Shown here: piece by piece, positions 1 through 12,301 of the stretch
Layout of the letters: each line of letters starts with the position of its first letter
Numbering within the stretch: position 1 is the stretch's first letter
NCBI RefSeq assembly: GCF_001949145.1
Contig: NW_019091361.1
Location: 853,452-917,451, forward strand
Length of the DNA stretch: 64,000 nucleotides
Direction: 5' to 3'
Origin: Acanthaster planci
Taxonomy: Eukaryota
Made by a program: the position numbers and the translations under genes
The notes under the pieces: generated by a model
The model's input: only the letters and a program-made list of their open reading frames with translations
Told to the model about the DNA's origin: nothing
The model's database searches: none

Positions 1-614
1 AAGTGAAAGAGAAGCGTTGCAAAACTGTAAATCAAGTCACTCTGTCGGGCAATAATTAAACAACTGTAACTACACTGTAAGAAAGAGAAGGGTATTTCGT
101 TATTCAGCTTCACTGTGCAGAAATCATCGCTTTTAGTCAGAAGAGGCGTAACATGTATGGAGGGTCACGGGGCTGGGGCACGTGCCCCCAATGGAAGTCC
201 ATGCTCCCGGGTATTCCCACACTGAATCGTTGAAATGTACACAGCGTATAATAAATATGCACTAGCCGCAATTAATCAGCTTTTGTGCACCCGTGAAATA
301 ATGCGCGCATCTCCCAGGTTCCCCTACCAAATGTCAACCTACTTTACGCCTCTGTTCATTAGTATACCTATGAACCACGAAAGGGGATCATATCAAAACT
401 TAACATCATACACCTTGACACCATGGAATAAATCTCTTTTGGATGAGGTTTCGTTCTACGAGGTGTGGTTCTGCCTGTGCTCAAGAGAGTGTGCTGGACT
501 CAGTTGTTGTTTTAATGGTGTTTTCAACTTCTATTTTTCAGCTAAGCTTTTTGCGTCAATAACTAGGCCTATATGCGCTTATTCATTACCTTTATTAATC
601 AGCACCACACTACG

Positions 615-783
615 GAGTTAGGAAGAAGGTCTAGTTTTTAGAGGCAGGAGGAAACCGGAGAAAACCTGTGAGAGCGAGTATGTACTGGAAACCAAATGCA
701 CTTAAAGCCTGGGGTAAACTGGGACTCCAACCAGGGCCTCATTGGTGCAAGGCGAGGAGAACCATTACGCTAACCCACTCCCC
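615..783 (-). mobile_element. tRNA-derived SINE fragment
   Basis: The minus strand begins GGGAGTGGGTTAGCGTAATGGTT...GGCCCTGGTTGGAGTCCC, resembling a tRNA A/B-box head. It is followed by the common SINE core motif that reads GGAGGAAACCGGAGAAAACC on the plus strand (~647-666). Confidence 0.6.
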
Positions 784-1415
784 CAATGCCGCACTCGAGT
801 GGAGAGCTGGGTTATAAAAGTAATCCGGGGGCGGTAGAGCATGAAGTGGTATTCGCAGGTCGTGTAACTGCTGCACACGGCATGAAGGCTTTTCATCCTG
901 TGGTTGTGCGGGCATGCAGAATTGGTGGGAAACATTGAGTTCGGGTATAGGGGACCCTTATGCCAAGAGGGGAGAGGTGGTGATGTGGCTTCGGGTAGAG
1001 AAGACCCTACCGCCTGGAGTGGGTGGTATGGGTTTCGGGTACAGGGGACCCTACTGCCCAAGGGTGGGAGTCGTCTCGGAGTGCTAGTAGTGGGCGCCAA
1101 ATATCGCTTAGCTTGAAACAGTTTGTGAGGTTGGGCTTGGCTGGTTTGGCGTGACGAAGGGTATGGGTCGTGCTTGCGTCGTGCTAGTTCCGTGGCTTAG
1201 ATGATGTCGGCAAAGGGGATGAAGCGTGATGGAGTGGCGAGGTTTCGTCTTGGCTACGGAAGTGGCCAAGTGGAAGCTGGGAGGGGCGCGGATGACGATC
1301 ATCTTCGCGATATAGAAGATCCCTATAGGTTCGACGTGTTGGAATGGAGATATAAATGATCTCATCTTCCAATATGAAACAGAGTTCACGGGTTGTGTAA
1401 TTGCTGCGTGTGCAC

Positions 1416-2330
1416 ATGGGATCTCCGATATCTCCGGTCCTAGCTAACATGGAAGAATTTGAAACGTCATTGCTTCTCACAGCCGACCTCAAAGCCTCCA
1501 TATGGCTGTGGTATGTTGAAATCACATTTGTTATATGGCCCAATGGATAAGATTGTCTTCACGAAATCCTCGAGTATCTCAATGAGCAACACCCCACCAT
1601 CAAGTTCACCATGGAACAAATGCAAGACAGACAACTCTCCTTCCTGGATGTCAACCTATCCAGGAACCCAGACGGCAACCTCAACCACCATGTCCATCGC
1701 AAGCTCATTCACACCGGTGGGTACCTGCACCAGAGATCCTTCCACCACCCAGCCATCAAAACCTCAGTCAACCGCACCCTCGTCCGTAGAGACTTCGAGA
1801 TCTGTGACCAGAGCAACCTGCGCCAAGAACTCCAGCACATCAAGACCACCCTGCAAATAAACGGGTACCACCACAAGCGCATCAGCCTTTCCAAGCCCCC
1901 TTCCAAGGGCGCTAGGTTCTCCTATACCCAAAGCCCCCTCTTCTCCAGCGGCGTTATGGTCGCCTATACCAGAAGCGCCCCCCCCCACAGTATGTTTACC
2001 GTACCTGGGCCCCACTTCCCACCCACTCCACAGTATCTTGCACTCGACCAACATCTTAGTCTATCACTCGGCACTCAACAAGCTGTGGTCTGTACTCTAC
2101 ACCCACAAGGACAAGCACCCACCCAGCAGTCGCCCCGGTGTTTATCGCATTCCATGTAAATGCGGCCAAGCAGACATCGGAGAAACCGGCAGGAACCCTC
2201 CCCACCAGGCTCCAAGAGCACCGCGCGCAAGGCCATCGTCAAACGTGCATACTCCTCGGACCACCGCATCAAGGAGGACGATACGCCCATGCGCAGCAAA
2301 CTGACAAACCATAAACAGTGAACGGGGTCA
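1416..2330 (+). mobile_element. Decayed Penelope-like retroelement (RT C-terminal half plus GIY-YIG endonuclease)
   Basis: MGSPISPVLANMEEFE starts at 1416. WYVEITFVIWPNG* carries a degenerate YVDD followed by a stop. KFTMEQ..LSFLDV..HVHRK..HTGGYLH.SFHHP..K.SV..TLVRR...ELQHIKTTLQINGY follows, then the GIY-YIG motif PGVYRIPCKCGQADIGETGR in another frame. Stops and frameshifts indicate it is non-functional. Confidence 0.9.
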
Positions 2331-3033
2331 ATTCTGAGGTATTTTCAAATTGATGATTATAATGAATGATTCTTTATCAATGCAGGTAACAAACAGGAAC
2401 AATAGGCAATCTGGCAGCGCAAGTCGGTGCCCCATCCACCCTTGGCCACTCAACTGTGCGGGGCATACAGTAAGAAAAAGGAAAGACATGCAATCACGCT
2501 GAATTTGCCATTTCAAAAATTGGAATTAAAGTTTCCTGCGTTTTAAGTTACCAATGTCAATTTCAATTCAATTTCCACACGCCAGTGCAACGACATGTAC
2601 CTGGATGCGCTGATACTGTGAATTTTTCAAAAGTTAAAGGCATGGAAACAGTGGCCTACCCAGGGTAGATTGTGCAGGGGGAACTGTACTTCGGGCCTTC
2701 ATTTTCTGGAGGGAACACTCAGTGGATTTGGTCACTGATTTTCTGAGAAAGCGCCCGGGCCTCAAGTGGGGAGGGGGCGCTCCCCTTTCACCCTGCTACG
2801 CCACCATATGCCGTCAATGATGAAAGCGGCAAATACACAAACCAGGAAAGAAGACTTTGAAGTGATTTTTTTATGCAACTTGGTGTCTTTTCGAGCAAAA
2901 GCGACTTAACTGAACACTGTCAAGGTTGTTACTGATTGGTGGAAGAAACCGTTTAGGAGGTTTGTTACCGCCATATCGAATTGCTGTCTAATCGACCCGT
3001 GATAATGCTCCAAGCAGGCCTGGATGTCACCAA

Positions 3034-3107
3034 TATTTAAGATGCCAAGTGGACGAAGAAAGCGCACTCGCTCCACCGGCAAACCTCAGCTTGAAGATCT
3101 TCGACAG
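3034..3107 (+). promoter_or_regulatory. Putative TATA-like box and non-coding first exon of GPCR paralogue 1
   Basis: TATTTAA at 3034-3040, GGACGA at 3051 and a consensus donor CAG|GTAAGT at 3107/3108. The matching acceptor TACAG at 4741 precedes the ATG at 4758. The same layout recurs before paralogue 2. Confidence 0.45.
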
Positions 3108-4757
3108 GTAAGTCAAGCTTTTTCTAGTTTTCCCTGGAACAAAACGAGGCTTTCCCCTGCCTTTGAGGTGGTGTGAACATCCATCCTTGTACCACAAATT
3201 TGTGCCGTAGCTGCACAATATACTAACGTTCAATTTCGCTGAGCAACTTTTTAAATATATTAAATTTCGACAAACTATTTCTTTTTGGTATTGTAGCAGC
3301 CATACAGTCGTCGTCTAATTCCCTCCACCCGCCATTTAGAAAAGCTTTTGTGGGTTTTTTTCTGGACAGAACCGGACCGAAAATCAAAATCCCTCCGCAA
3401 AACACTTTCCATTACCTTCTAAAACAAAGTTGAACGTTTCTCGTAGTAAACCGTGTTCAGTTAAGCAATGATGAGCTTTAGCCAAACACGATGAGTTAGT
3501 CAAATCATCCATTTTCACTTTGTTAGGCGCAACGCTACCTAAAAGGATTGCGTACTTACGCCATAATTTGTGGTGCAAGTTGCAGACTTTATTCAAAAGC
3601 AGCCTTTCTATATAATAATATATTATGTTCCTTTTTTGGGTGCGTACTCAATGCGTTCTTACATTTCACTTTCACGGACACAAAAATCGACTCCATTAAC
3701 ATAACACACGTGTGCGTTGCGTTCAGCCGTCAAAATCGCGCGGAGAGGCAACGCTTGCCGCAAGTGTTGACGTGCATATGGAAAGACGCCTATGGTGCAC
3801 CTCAACGCGCATCAGATTCTACACAGGAACAAGAGATGGCCAAGTATTTTTATATAGAGATCATAAACTGTTTTGATCTCTGATCTCTAATATGGAAGTG
3901 ACGTCCTTTAGGTGCATGCACAAGTTTATGTGCGTTCGGTGCACGGGCAGTAGCCGATTTTACGAAACTTTTCGCAATGGCGTATCTACATAGACTACAG
4001 GCTCGTTAGTAAAACTATCCCATTTTCCTCTGAGTGCCACAAAATTGTGCGATTATGTCAATTTTATAAACATGAATACGAAATGTTTGATTTGGAATTG
4101 CTGATAGGCCTATGAGCTAACCCATGGTTTGCATCTCAATGGTCTAAGGGAAGAAAAAACACCGTGATTTGTTTTGTACACAGCTGTCCTCAAGCTTGGT
4201 AAACGCAAACACTAGCAATGACTCTCAGGGCATATTCGAAACCCCGTTCTCGTGTTAGACGAACATGAGAACGAGGTTTCGAACGGGGAGAATCAAAACG
4301 CTAACAATGTTCACGGACAAGATTCGCATGTAACTTAATTTTGGTTTGGCTACATAAAATAGAAAACACTCACAAAAAGGAAAATAATACCCATATGACA
4401 AATACTCATGGCCATGGGAGAGAATTTACCCTGACCATTTAATGTGGATATTTGGGGATATATTTATTATGTGAGATGGTAAATGTCATGCCATCTTTTC
4501 ATTTGGTGTCAACATGGCGACTGCTATCTTGACCTTTAGGGCAGCTGTACTCCTTGTGCACCTCGGTGTTCGTAATCAACGACCCAAGAGCACTGTTTGT
4601 GGGTCCCATGAGAATGAGGTTTCGAATATCCACCGTCAATGTCCCTGTCTCTCATACGAGAATGACTCTATTGTTTTCCAATATAACGTCTCAAAGTAAA
4701 ATACCACTTTCACGAGTTGTGTTATATTCGTTACTATACAGGAGGAAAACGTTGGTC

Positions 4758-7536
4758 ATGGCATCAGTTGACTCATCAACCCCACTCCCTGATTTGAACG
4801 GCAGTAATACAAGCTCGGGCCCAGTGATAGTCATCGATCCGGACTACGGCCAGCCCGCGCAAAAAGGCATTGGCATTGTCACCTTTGTCATCGTCGCTGT
4901 CGGTATTGTGGCCAACTCGGCTGTCATCTATGTGGTACTACGACACCGCGACATGCACACCACTACTAACTTTGCTTTCGCTAATCTGGCTCTTACCGAC
5001 ATTCTTTTGCTTATCTTTCAAGCGTTGTCCTCCACCCTTGATGCGTTTGGCGTTAGTGTGTCGGTATACCTCAACTGCTGGCCGACATTCTACTTTCGAT
5101 ACGTACGTAAATACTTTGTTCCTATTTATGTTTGAAGGTCTAGAGGGCGTACTCTGTCCGTTGATTTAAAGCTGGCGTTACATAAGTGCTCCAAAAAGAC
5201 CACATGGATTCCCTTTTCCGATTATATGGACTGCTTTGAGTGGTATGGTAAAAATGGTAAAACTAATCTCTCAAGGTGATTCGTTGTAATCGGATCACCG
5301 ATTCAAGTTGTTTTTCATGAGTTAAATATTTTAGAAATTCGTTTTAATGAGACACAAATTCAAATTTGGAAATCAAACAGTAATAGAGTGTCCATCCGCA
5401 GTATAGCCTTGCTCAGGGCGGTCGTCGTTAGCCACACAGTACTGGCTAGTCTTGCACCAAGACTGATTTTACTGTTTTGGCCAGTGAACCTTACAGGCGA
5501 CATACGCTGGCGAGCACGGCTGAAAAGTATTATACCAGTAGAGGACGCTATATTCATCAGGGGCGAACTGCTTGAAAACCAGTCTTGTAGAATCTTGCAG
5601 GTGGCCGTGTCCGAATTAACTTGGCTGGTGGCCTGAAATTATGCATGAGTCTGTGGTAGTGGCCACAGGCAGTTCTCAGAGGCCGAGTCCGAATCACTCC
5701 GCTACGGCTGGAAATTGCCCATGATTCTTGGGCAGTGGCTGCGGCCAGTTCCTTCGGACACAACCTATAATAGAGTCGTGTGTAATTTCAAGCCATAGCC
5801 AAGTAATTTGGACACTGCTTTTACCCAAAAAAGTCCGAGCATATCTCATGCGCTCAGGTTACCATGAATAATTGCGCATGCACGCTGCTGCCGAGAACCA
5901 CAGTTTCCATGGTCTTCGGCAGTGCGTACGTGCAATATGGGCATTTCAGTGCACGAAATCTGTCGACCCAATGCGCGTTTGGAAACGGTCGACAGATTTT
6001 GAGCACTATGATTGGTCAAGAAATAATATTTTGTTTTAAAGTATCTCATAAGAAAGAACTAGAGAACGTATATCTCGTACAAACGAACAACTCTGGAAAA
6101 TGTATCTCATGAAAACGAAGTTGTAAAAATATATTTCATAAACATAAAATTCGAAAAACCTTTCTTTGTTGAAAATATGTACTTGATGGCACCACAGGGC
6201 TCCCGTCAGCGTGCAGTTTTGGAGTACCTTGCACTTCTATCGTATCCAGCTTTGGAAGCTCTGGTACCCAACTCGAGATCTTGTTTTTCTTAGGAAAGCT
6301 GGGAGTTCGCTAATTTCTTTCGAAACAAAAGCTATTTTTATAGTCTGTATGGGACTAGCTCGTCTCGATAAATAGGTTTTGAAACTTCCATTGCCGTTTC
6401 CACTATCCACCTTCAAACCACGTTGTAAAGTAGATTGTATTAATCTTTATTAGTGCAACACTATAAATAATTAACAAAAACAACAAAAAATCAAGTGCGT
6501 GAAGTATGAACCCCATTATAATAACTCCTTGCGATGACAACCTATACCGCATATCCTATACTGAAGGTTAACTGCGCCCTCAATGCTTTTTGACGCTATA
6601 CTAGGTGGTTGGCGAGGCCACGGCTCTGACCTTGGCGATGATGTCATACGACCGATGGAGACTAGTTGCTTACCCACTGGAGGCCGTGAAACACGCCCGA
6701 AGACGCAAATTGGCCTTTCTGTTCGGTGTATTGATGGTTTGGACCGGTGAGGAACATCAAGGCGTAATTAAGTAGAAAAATAAGCAAACAAATACAAAAC
6801 CAAGCAAAACGATAAATAAGACACATGTATATATTTTCAATTAATACTCTTTGGATGCGGGAGAATATTTTGTTGACGCTTTTAACTCTAAAACTGTTAC
6901 TTTTTTCACCCCACAGCTTCGCTTGTCATGTATACTCCTGTCATCATATACTCGATCAAGGCAAGGAATGATTCGAAGTTGCCCTACAGCTTTATCTTTT
7001 GTACCCTGTATTTCCCTTGGGAACACGGTCAGAAGCTTTTCCAAACCTTAACTGTGACTTGTACGTACATCATTCCGCTGATCTTCATTTCTGTATGCTA
7101 CCTGAAGATTTGGCTGAAACTTCGAGGGAAGAAACCAGGCCAGGATGGGGCCGGCATAAACTCCAGTTCTCGACGCATGCGCCGAACTCTTCGTTTAATC
7201 CTAATCGTAATCGTAGTGTTTGCGTTATCGTGGTTGCCCTATCGAATACTGATTGTGTGGGTGGTATGGGATCCCAATTTTCTGGCAAATAGTAGCGTTT
7301 TTCTAATCTGCTCAGCTATTTCGAGTTTAATCATTTACTTGAATAGCGTCATCAACCCTTTCATATACCCGTTTGCCGGTACCGGTTTTAGGAAGCACAT
7401 TCGTTGCTTGCGCACCCGAGAACAGACGCTTACATCAAGAACAACCAAGATGTCTGCCGTGGCAGCCTCATCTTCGGTTAAGAACACAAACGTGATGAGT
7501 CTGAGCGTAAGCTGTCAAACAGCACCCCAGCTGTAA
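4758..7536 (+). CDS. Class A GPCR, kisspeptin (GPR54)/galanin-receptor-like, paralogue 1 (~368 aa)
   Basis: join(4758..5102,6605..6746,6917..7536), GT-AG introns of phase 0 and 1, 1107 nt in frame. Motifs: TM1 ANSAVIYVV, TM2 TNFAFANLALTD, TM3 TLAMMSYDRW, TM5 YIIPL, TM6 FALSWLP, TM7 NSVINPFIY, helix 8 GFRK. The DRW motif and RHRDMHTTTNF resemble KISS1R, but orthology is not established. Confidence 0.9.
5772..6010. repeat. Dispersed repeat pieces shared with other loci in the window
   Basis: 5772-5820 (GTGTGTAATTTCAAGCCATAGCCAAGTAATTTGGACA) matches ~48490-48533. 5947-5986 (CAGTGCACGAAATCTGTCGACCCAATGCGCGTTTGGAAA) matches ~8839-8877. Confidence 0.7.
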
Positions 7537-9105
7537 CACGGCTCTCTTTGCTTAACTTAGTCACGAAGTGTGCCTAGAGTCGAATAAAGTTCAACTGTAC
7601 CCCTGTCAAGGACAATGTCAATGTCCTAGCCAGGCATGTCACTGTGATACCTTTCCTGGGAATTCCAACAAGAAGAAGACTACGGTTCTTATGTTCTACA
7701 GTCACTGTTTGCTTAAATTACAGCACGTACATGTATACTTGTGCACAGAGAAAGCATGAGTATGCCGACCACATCGGTTCAAAGGCCTATATGAGGTAAG
7801 ATTTATTTCGTATTATGGCATTTTCTGTAAAAAGATAGAGATAACAATTCACTCTCAGCAATTGCCTAACAGGGACACAGCTTTCTCGTCAGCACACTAA
7901 CATTAAGTGTAAATGTCAGAGATCAAAGTCGAGACCGCAACCATTGACCCTGGCATAGATCCTGTACATCATGGCTATTGATAGGTTAACCAATGATGCT
8001 ATACCTCGATTAAATGGGATTGCTCCGAAAAGACAAATTGACCGTCGTCGACTGGTGTGTAGGACAGATGAGCACGGTTGGACTATGACCGTCTATCGAA
8101 CTTGTTGGTTGCGGTAGATCGTCCTATGAGGCTGCTACACCAATTAAGCTTTTTACACTGCCAGTTTGTGAGAGTCACTGAAGTTTAGAATTATGGCTAG
8201 ACTACTTCGACACAAGCATAAATTTGTCAAATCTGAAGTACGCCAACACATTAAATGATGTTTTCTTGTTATTCATTATCATTCAAAACTGCAAGACACG
8301 CCGTAATTAGCAGTACCAAAAAGTTTCAAGGTAGCGTAGCGGGGATGAAAGTGGGGCGGTGAAATACTACTTGTTTGCACTCAGATTCATGTTTGAAATG
8401 TTCAATGTTTTTAATTATGCGTAATACTGTTGTATGTACATTTAAACCATGTGACACCTGGTTAGTTTTGATGCACTACATGTATTTGCGCAGGATGCTT
8501 AAATCAGTTATAAAAATCAAATGAAAATTATTGTGTTTGAATATTCAGAAAACTTCTCTGAACAGTAAATTTAAAATATTTGCGGAAATATCTACCATCA
8601 TCTTTCTTTAAAAACAAATCTTTTAAATTTCTCAGTAAATACTACTGCATCTAACTGTTCATTAAAATACTCAAACCACAGACAAACACATAGACGCAAC
8701 TGCTCCTATTCAAAACAACGCCGGGGTACCGTAGCCGAGACGGCACCTGACTAAATCCAAAAGCGTGGGCAAAGTCACCCCTCGGTATAAAAGAATTTAT
8801 ATAGAGAATTATATAGAGAGATTGGCTTTGGCCAATCACAGTGCCCGAAATCTGTCGACCCAAAGCGCGTTTGGAAATCAAAAAGGGTGGACAGATTTCG
8901 CTTGTTGTGATTGGCCAAACGTTGCAAACTCTAGGAGGCGCACTATTGTGAATCGCCGGTATTTGCAGCAATTTGTCTTTTCATGAGGACATTTTTAACG
9001 GAAAATAATGAGTCACAAATTCAACTTTTCAAGTGTAGAGTTTGAATTTGGCAGCTTTTCCTTCACTAAAAACAAAGACAACCACTAATTTAGATACGAT
9101 AATAA

Positions 9106-9936
9106 TACGGGGCTCTGGAAGTGCCATCCGACTTATTCAGATACCGAGATAATTATTCTTATTAAATCTTATTTTTTTCTTTACTTATAAAGTGTATTAA
9201 GTCGATTTAATGAGATAAATGATGTAGTCAAGTCGACTTCCAAATTATAGTAAGTCGACTTGGGAGATATTTCATGACATCAAGTCTACTTTCGGGATTC
9301 CCTATGTCGACTTGGCGAGATTATTTATGTAGTTACTCGACTCCCTTATTTGGTGAGACGACTTGGCGAGATGTCTTCAAGACTGCTTTTGGAATTCGCG
9401 GTGTCAACTCGGCGAGATAATTTATCAAGTCAAGTCGACTTTACAATTGTGGGAAGACGACTTGGCAAAAAAATTTCTGTAGTCAATCCAACTTCCTAAT
9501 TCTGCTAGGTCGACTTGAAAATATAATCTATGTCAGTGAGTCGACTTCCTAATTCTAGTAAGTCGAGATAATTTATGTCATCAAGTATACAACATGCAGG
9601 CATGAACTGACTACTCACAAGTGAACGTGATCGACTTGACAGCAAAATTAATTTCGACGAGTCGACACAGTAAATTCTGAAAGTGGACTTGATGACATGA
9701 ATTGTGTCGACAAGTCGACTTAATAAAATTAAGAATTCCACTTGAGCATTTAACTTATCTCGCCAAGTTGACACAAGCAAGATCCGCAAGTAGACTTGAC
9801 AACAAAAATTATCTCTCCGAGACGACATACTGAGTTCTGGAAGTAGACTTGATGACATAAATTATCTCACCAAGTCGACTTACTTGAATTAGGAAGTCGA
9901 CTTAATTAAGTCGGTTGGCACTTCTAGAGCTTCGTA
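9106..9936. mobile_element. Fold-back / MITE-type non-autonomous DNA element with internal AAGTCGACTT repeats
   Basis: The left end TACGGGGCTCTGGAAGTGCCATCCGACTTA is the inverted complement of the right end TAAGTCGGTTGGCACTTCTAGAGCTTCGTA. The interior consists of many degenerate AAGTCGACTT(GGCGAGAT) units whose orientation flips near 9600. Confidence 0.85.
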
Positions 9937-12230
9937 AAAATAGACAAAAGCACATCACCTTATAAATATCATAAACGCGTTTATCTTTAAAGGCTGATTT
10001 GGTTTGACACCAGACTCATAAGTGGATACAGCCCTGCTGGTCCTGAGAGACGACTCTGCATACACGTATTTGTACTGTAATCTTCGCACTACTGTCTCCT
10101 TTGTTATTTGAATCAAGTAATTCTGTATGAACACGAAATTAACTTGTGTTACTAATTATCACTAACCACCAATGTGTGAATAAAAAATCTGGACGAAGAT
10201 AAATATACCCAGCTTCAGTTAATTATTGAGCCAACTTGATGCTGTACGTCTGAGGTTTTGGGTTTACTAAAACACGCACAGTGAAGAGAAAATACGACTT
10301 GTCACAAGAAGTTACATGGTCCTTCCGACCACGACATATGTCACATAAAGTGAGCGGCGGCGGGAATGTATTTAACGCGTGCGACACTTCTCGTCGACTT
10401 TTTAAAAGTATAATTTTGCTATCGCTCGTGTGATGATATCCACTGTAACAGCCCAAGTCAATTCAAGACTTTTATCACGAAATCTCATTGTCTTAACCTT
10501 CTGCTGTATGGTGTGCGTTCGATAGTCTCAACATCGCTCTCAACGGTATCTTTGCTACGCTTCTGTAACCTTGTGGTGCTGTTCATTCAGTGAAATTTAA
10601 CGCAAATGTGAACACATATTATGCGTTGCATAACCACTTTATTTAAACACAGAAGCATCAAATACCAAACCTTTCGCAACCCATGCACAACGGTATCGAT
10701 GTTAGGGCCTTTCCAAGAGACTGAGAGTAAGCTGAACTGAATCTGCAGAGTGGGAACTATACCCTACAACCAACGGGAGACTATGAGACACTGGTGGGGC
10801 CGCGAGCAGACATACCACCGGTCCCTTCTCAAGGTGTTGAGCGTGCTCAAAACTTTGCACGCAGGCTCAAAACAATGCGCGCATGCTCAGTACGTGTGAA
10901 AGGATGGGTATGTTTGTCGCCACCTAGCGTGTCGAAGTCTCAGTTCTGTATAGTCACTTCACTGACTTCACTTCTTTGGCGGCATCTCTAGCCGGCTCCA
11001 AATTACATGGCAAGGGCAGGCCGGTAAACGCAGTTTACTACACCTTACAAATATTCATGAGCAAATCAGCGCGCGTCATTGGCCGATTCCAACTCGCGTC
11101 TGGGAAGTAGAAATGATACGCGCCCAGGTGACTTCGCACCTGTGAGTACCCACCCTACTGCCATGCAGAAGTTTTCTCCTGGTAGCAAACACTTCTGGAA
11201 CCCGTCGCATAAATAGTCTGTGTCATATGTAATCTTTACGAAACCAGTCTGGAGTTGTATCCTAATAACAGTAAAGACCCAAAATGTGTGTCAGCATCAG
11301 ACTACTGAAGCCCTGTTGCTATGCACATGTGCACTCGATTATCATTACACAGAAATTTAGCATCTGAGAAATAACAATGGCGTTATAGTGAGTACAATTA
11401 ATGTTAGATTTCCGTCTTTATCGGAACATGAACTTATTGTGCTGAATAAAGACGTAAAATCTACGAAGGCAATTATTGACAAGGCAGTGAGGCTCCCGGA
11501 TGCGGAAAAATACTGTGACGCCACGCCCCTCCTTCTCAAGGCGTGACGGCTGACGGCACGTAGGCTACCGGAAGGTTTCTAAGCGGCTAAAGACGAGTCT
11601 GGTGGGATGGAAGTATACCGTCCCCGTCTGGAAACTCCGTTGACTGGGCTGCTGGGCACCGAAGGCCGACGTGATTGACCAGGTGCCTCATGACGTAACC
11701 AAAACAACACGTGACTCAGTAAATAAGACGGCTTATGACTCGAATAACGACCCTTGGATGCCTGACCTATGTACATCAACAAAATGGTAGCTGGTTTATT
11801 CATCAATGCCAATCATACACGGAACCAATACACCGGTAGGGGGCGCTCTTAATAAGGACTGTGCAGCTAGACTTCGCCCGGTGAGCCCCACAATTACTTG
11901 TGTGCAACAAGTGCCACCGGGACCTGAATAAGTCAAAAGGGCTATCTTAGGGTTAATACGCCACTAACAACTCGTGTTGCAAGATAGCAATCCACCCTTT
12001 AATCGACCGTAAGCTTCCACAAGGAGCTCTTTAACCGCACCACCGAATAGCCCCTCAACCCCCCCAAGCCCCTCAACGACACTCGGACCCAGGAAATAGA
12101 AACCCTAACGACTCAACGTACGATGACCTTAGTACACGCCCGCTCAGTTGCTAGCTAGCCTGCCTTAACCATAGTTCAGGGTTTTTACAGCAGAATCAAA
12201 CCAAATGCAAGGTTCTGCTGTACATGTAAC

Positions 12231-12301
12231 CAAAGATCGTATAGCGCCGCTTAGCAGCGCAAGATGGAGAACCTCACCGTGAATACACGTAAAACGTTGT
12301 A
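12231..12301. repeat. Partial copy of the hAT-like MITE at 28512-28803
   Basis: CAAAGATCGTATAGCGCCGC...CAAGATGGAG...CACCGTGAATACACGTAAAACGTTGTA is nearly identical to 28512-28582. Confidence 0.8.

Noticed and set aside
765..1400. GC-rich ORFs upstream of the Penelope RT fragment
   Set aside because: No recognisable motif. They may be an inverted part of the same element, but I cannot support that.
4554..4757. ORF-track N-terminal extensions of the GPCRs (from 4554 and from 16454)
   Set aside because: Both extensions run through polypyrimidine/AG acceptors just upstream of the ATGs at 4758 and 16541, so they are intron sequence.
9200..9900. Short palindromic AAGTCGACTT repeats resembling CRISPR repeats, and ORF 9505..9858
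   Set aside because: The repeats are internal subunits of a TIR-bounded element, and the ORF is low-complexity translation of that repeat.
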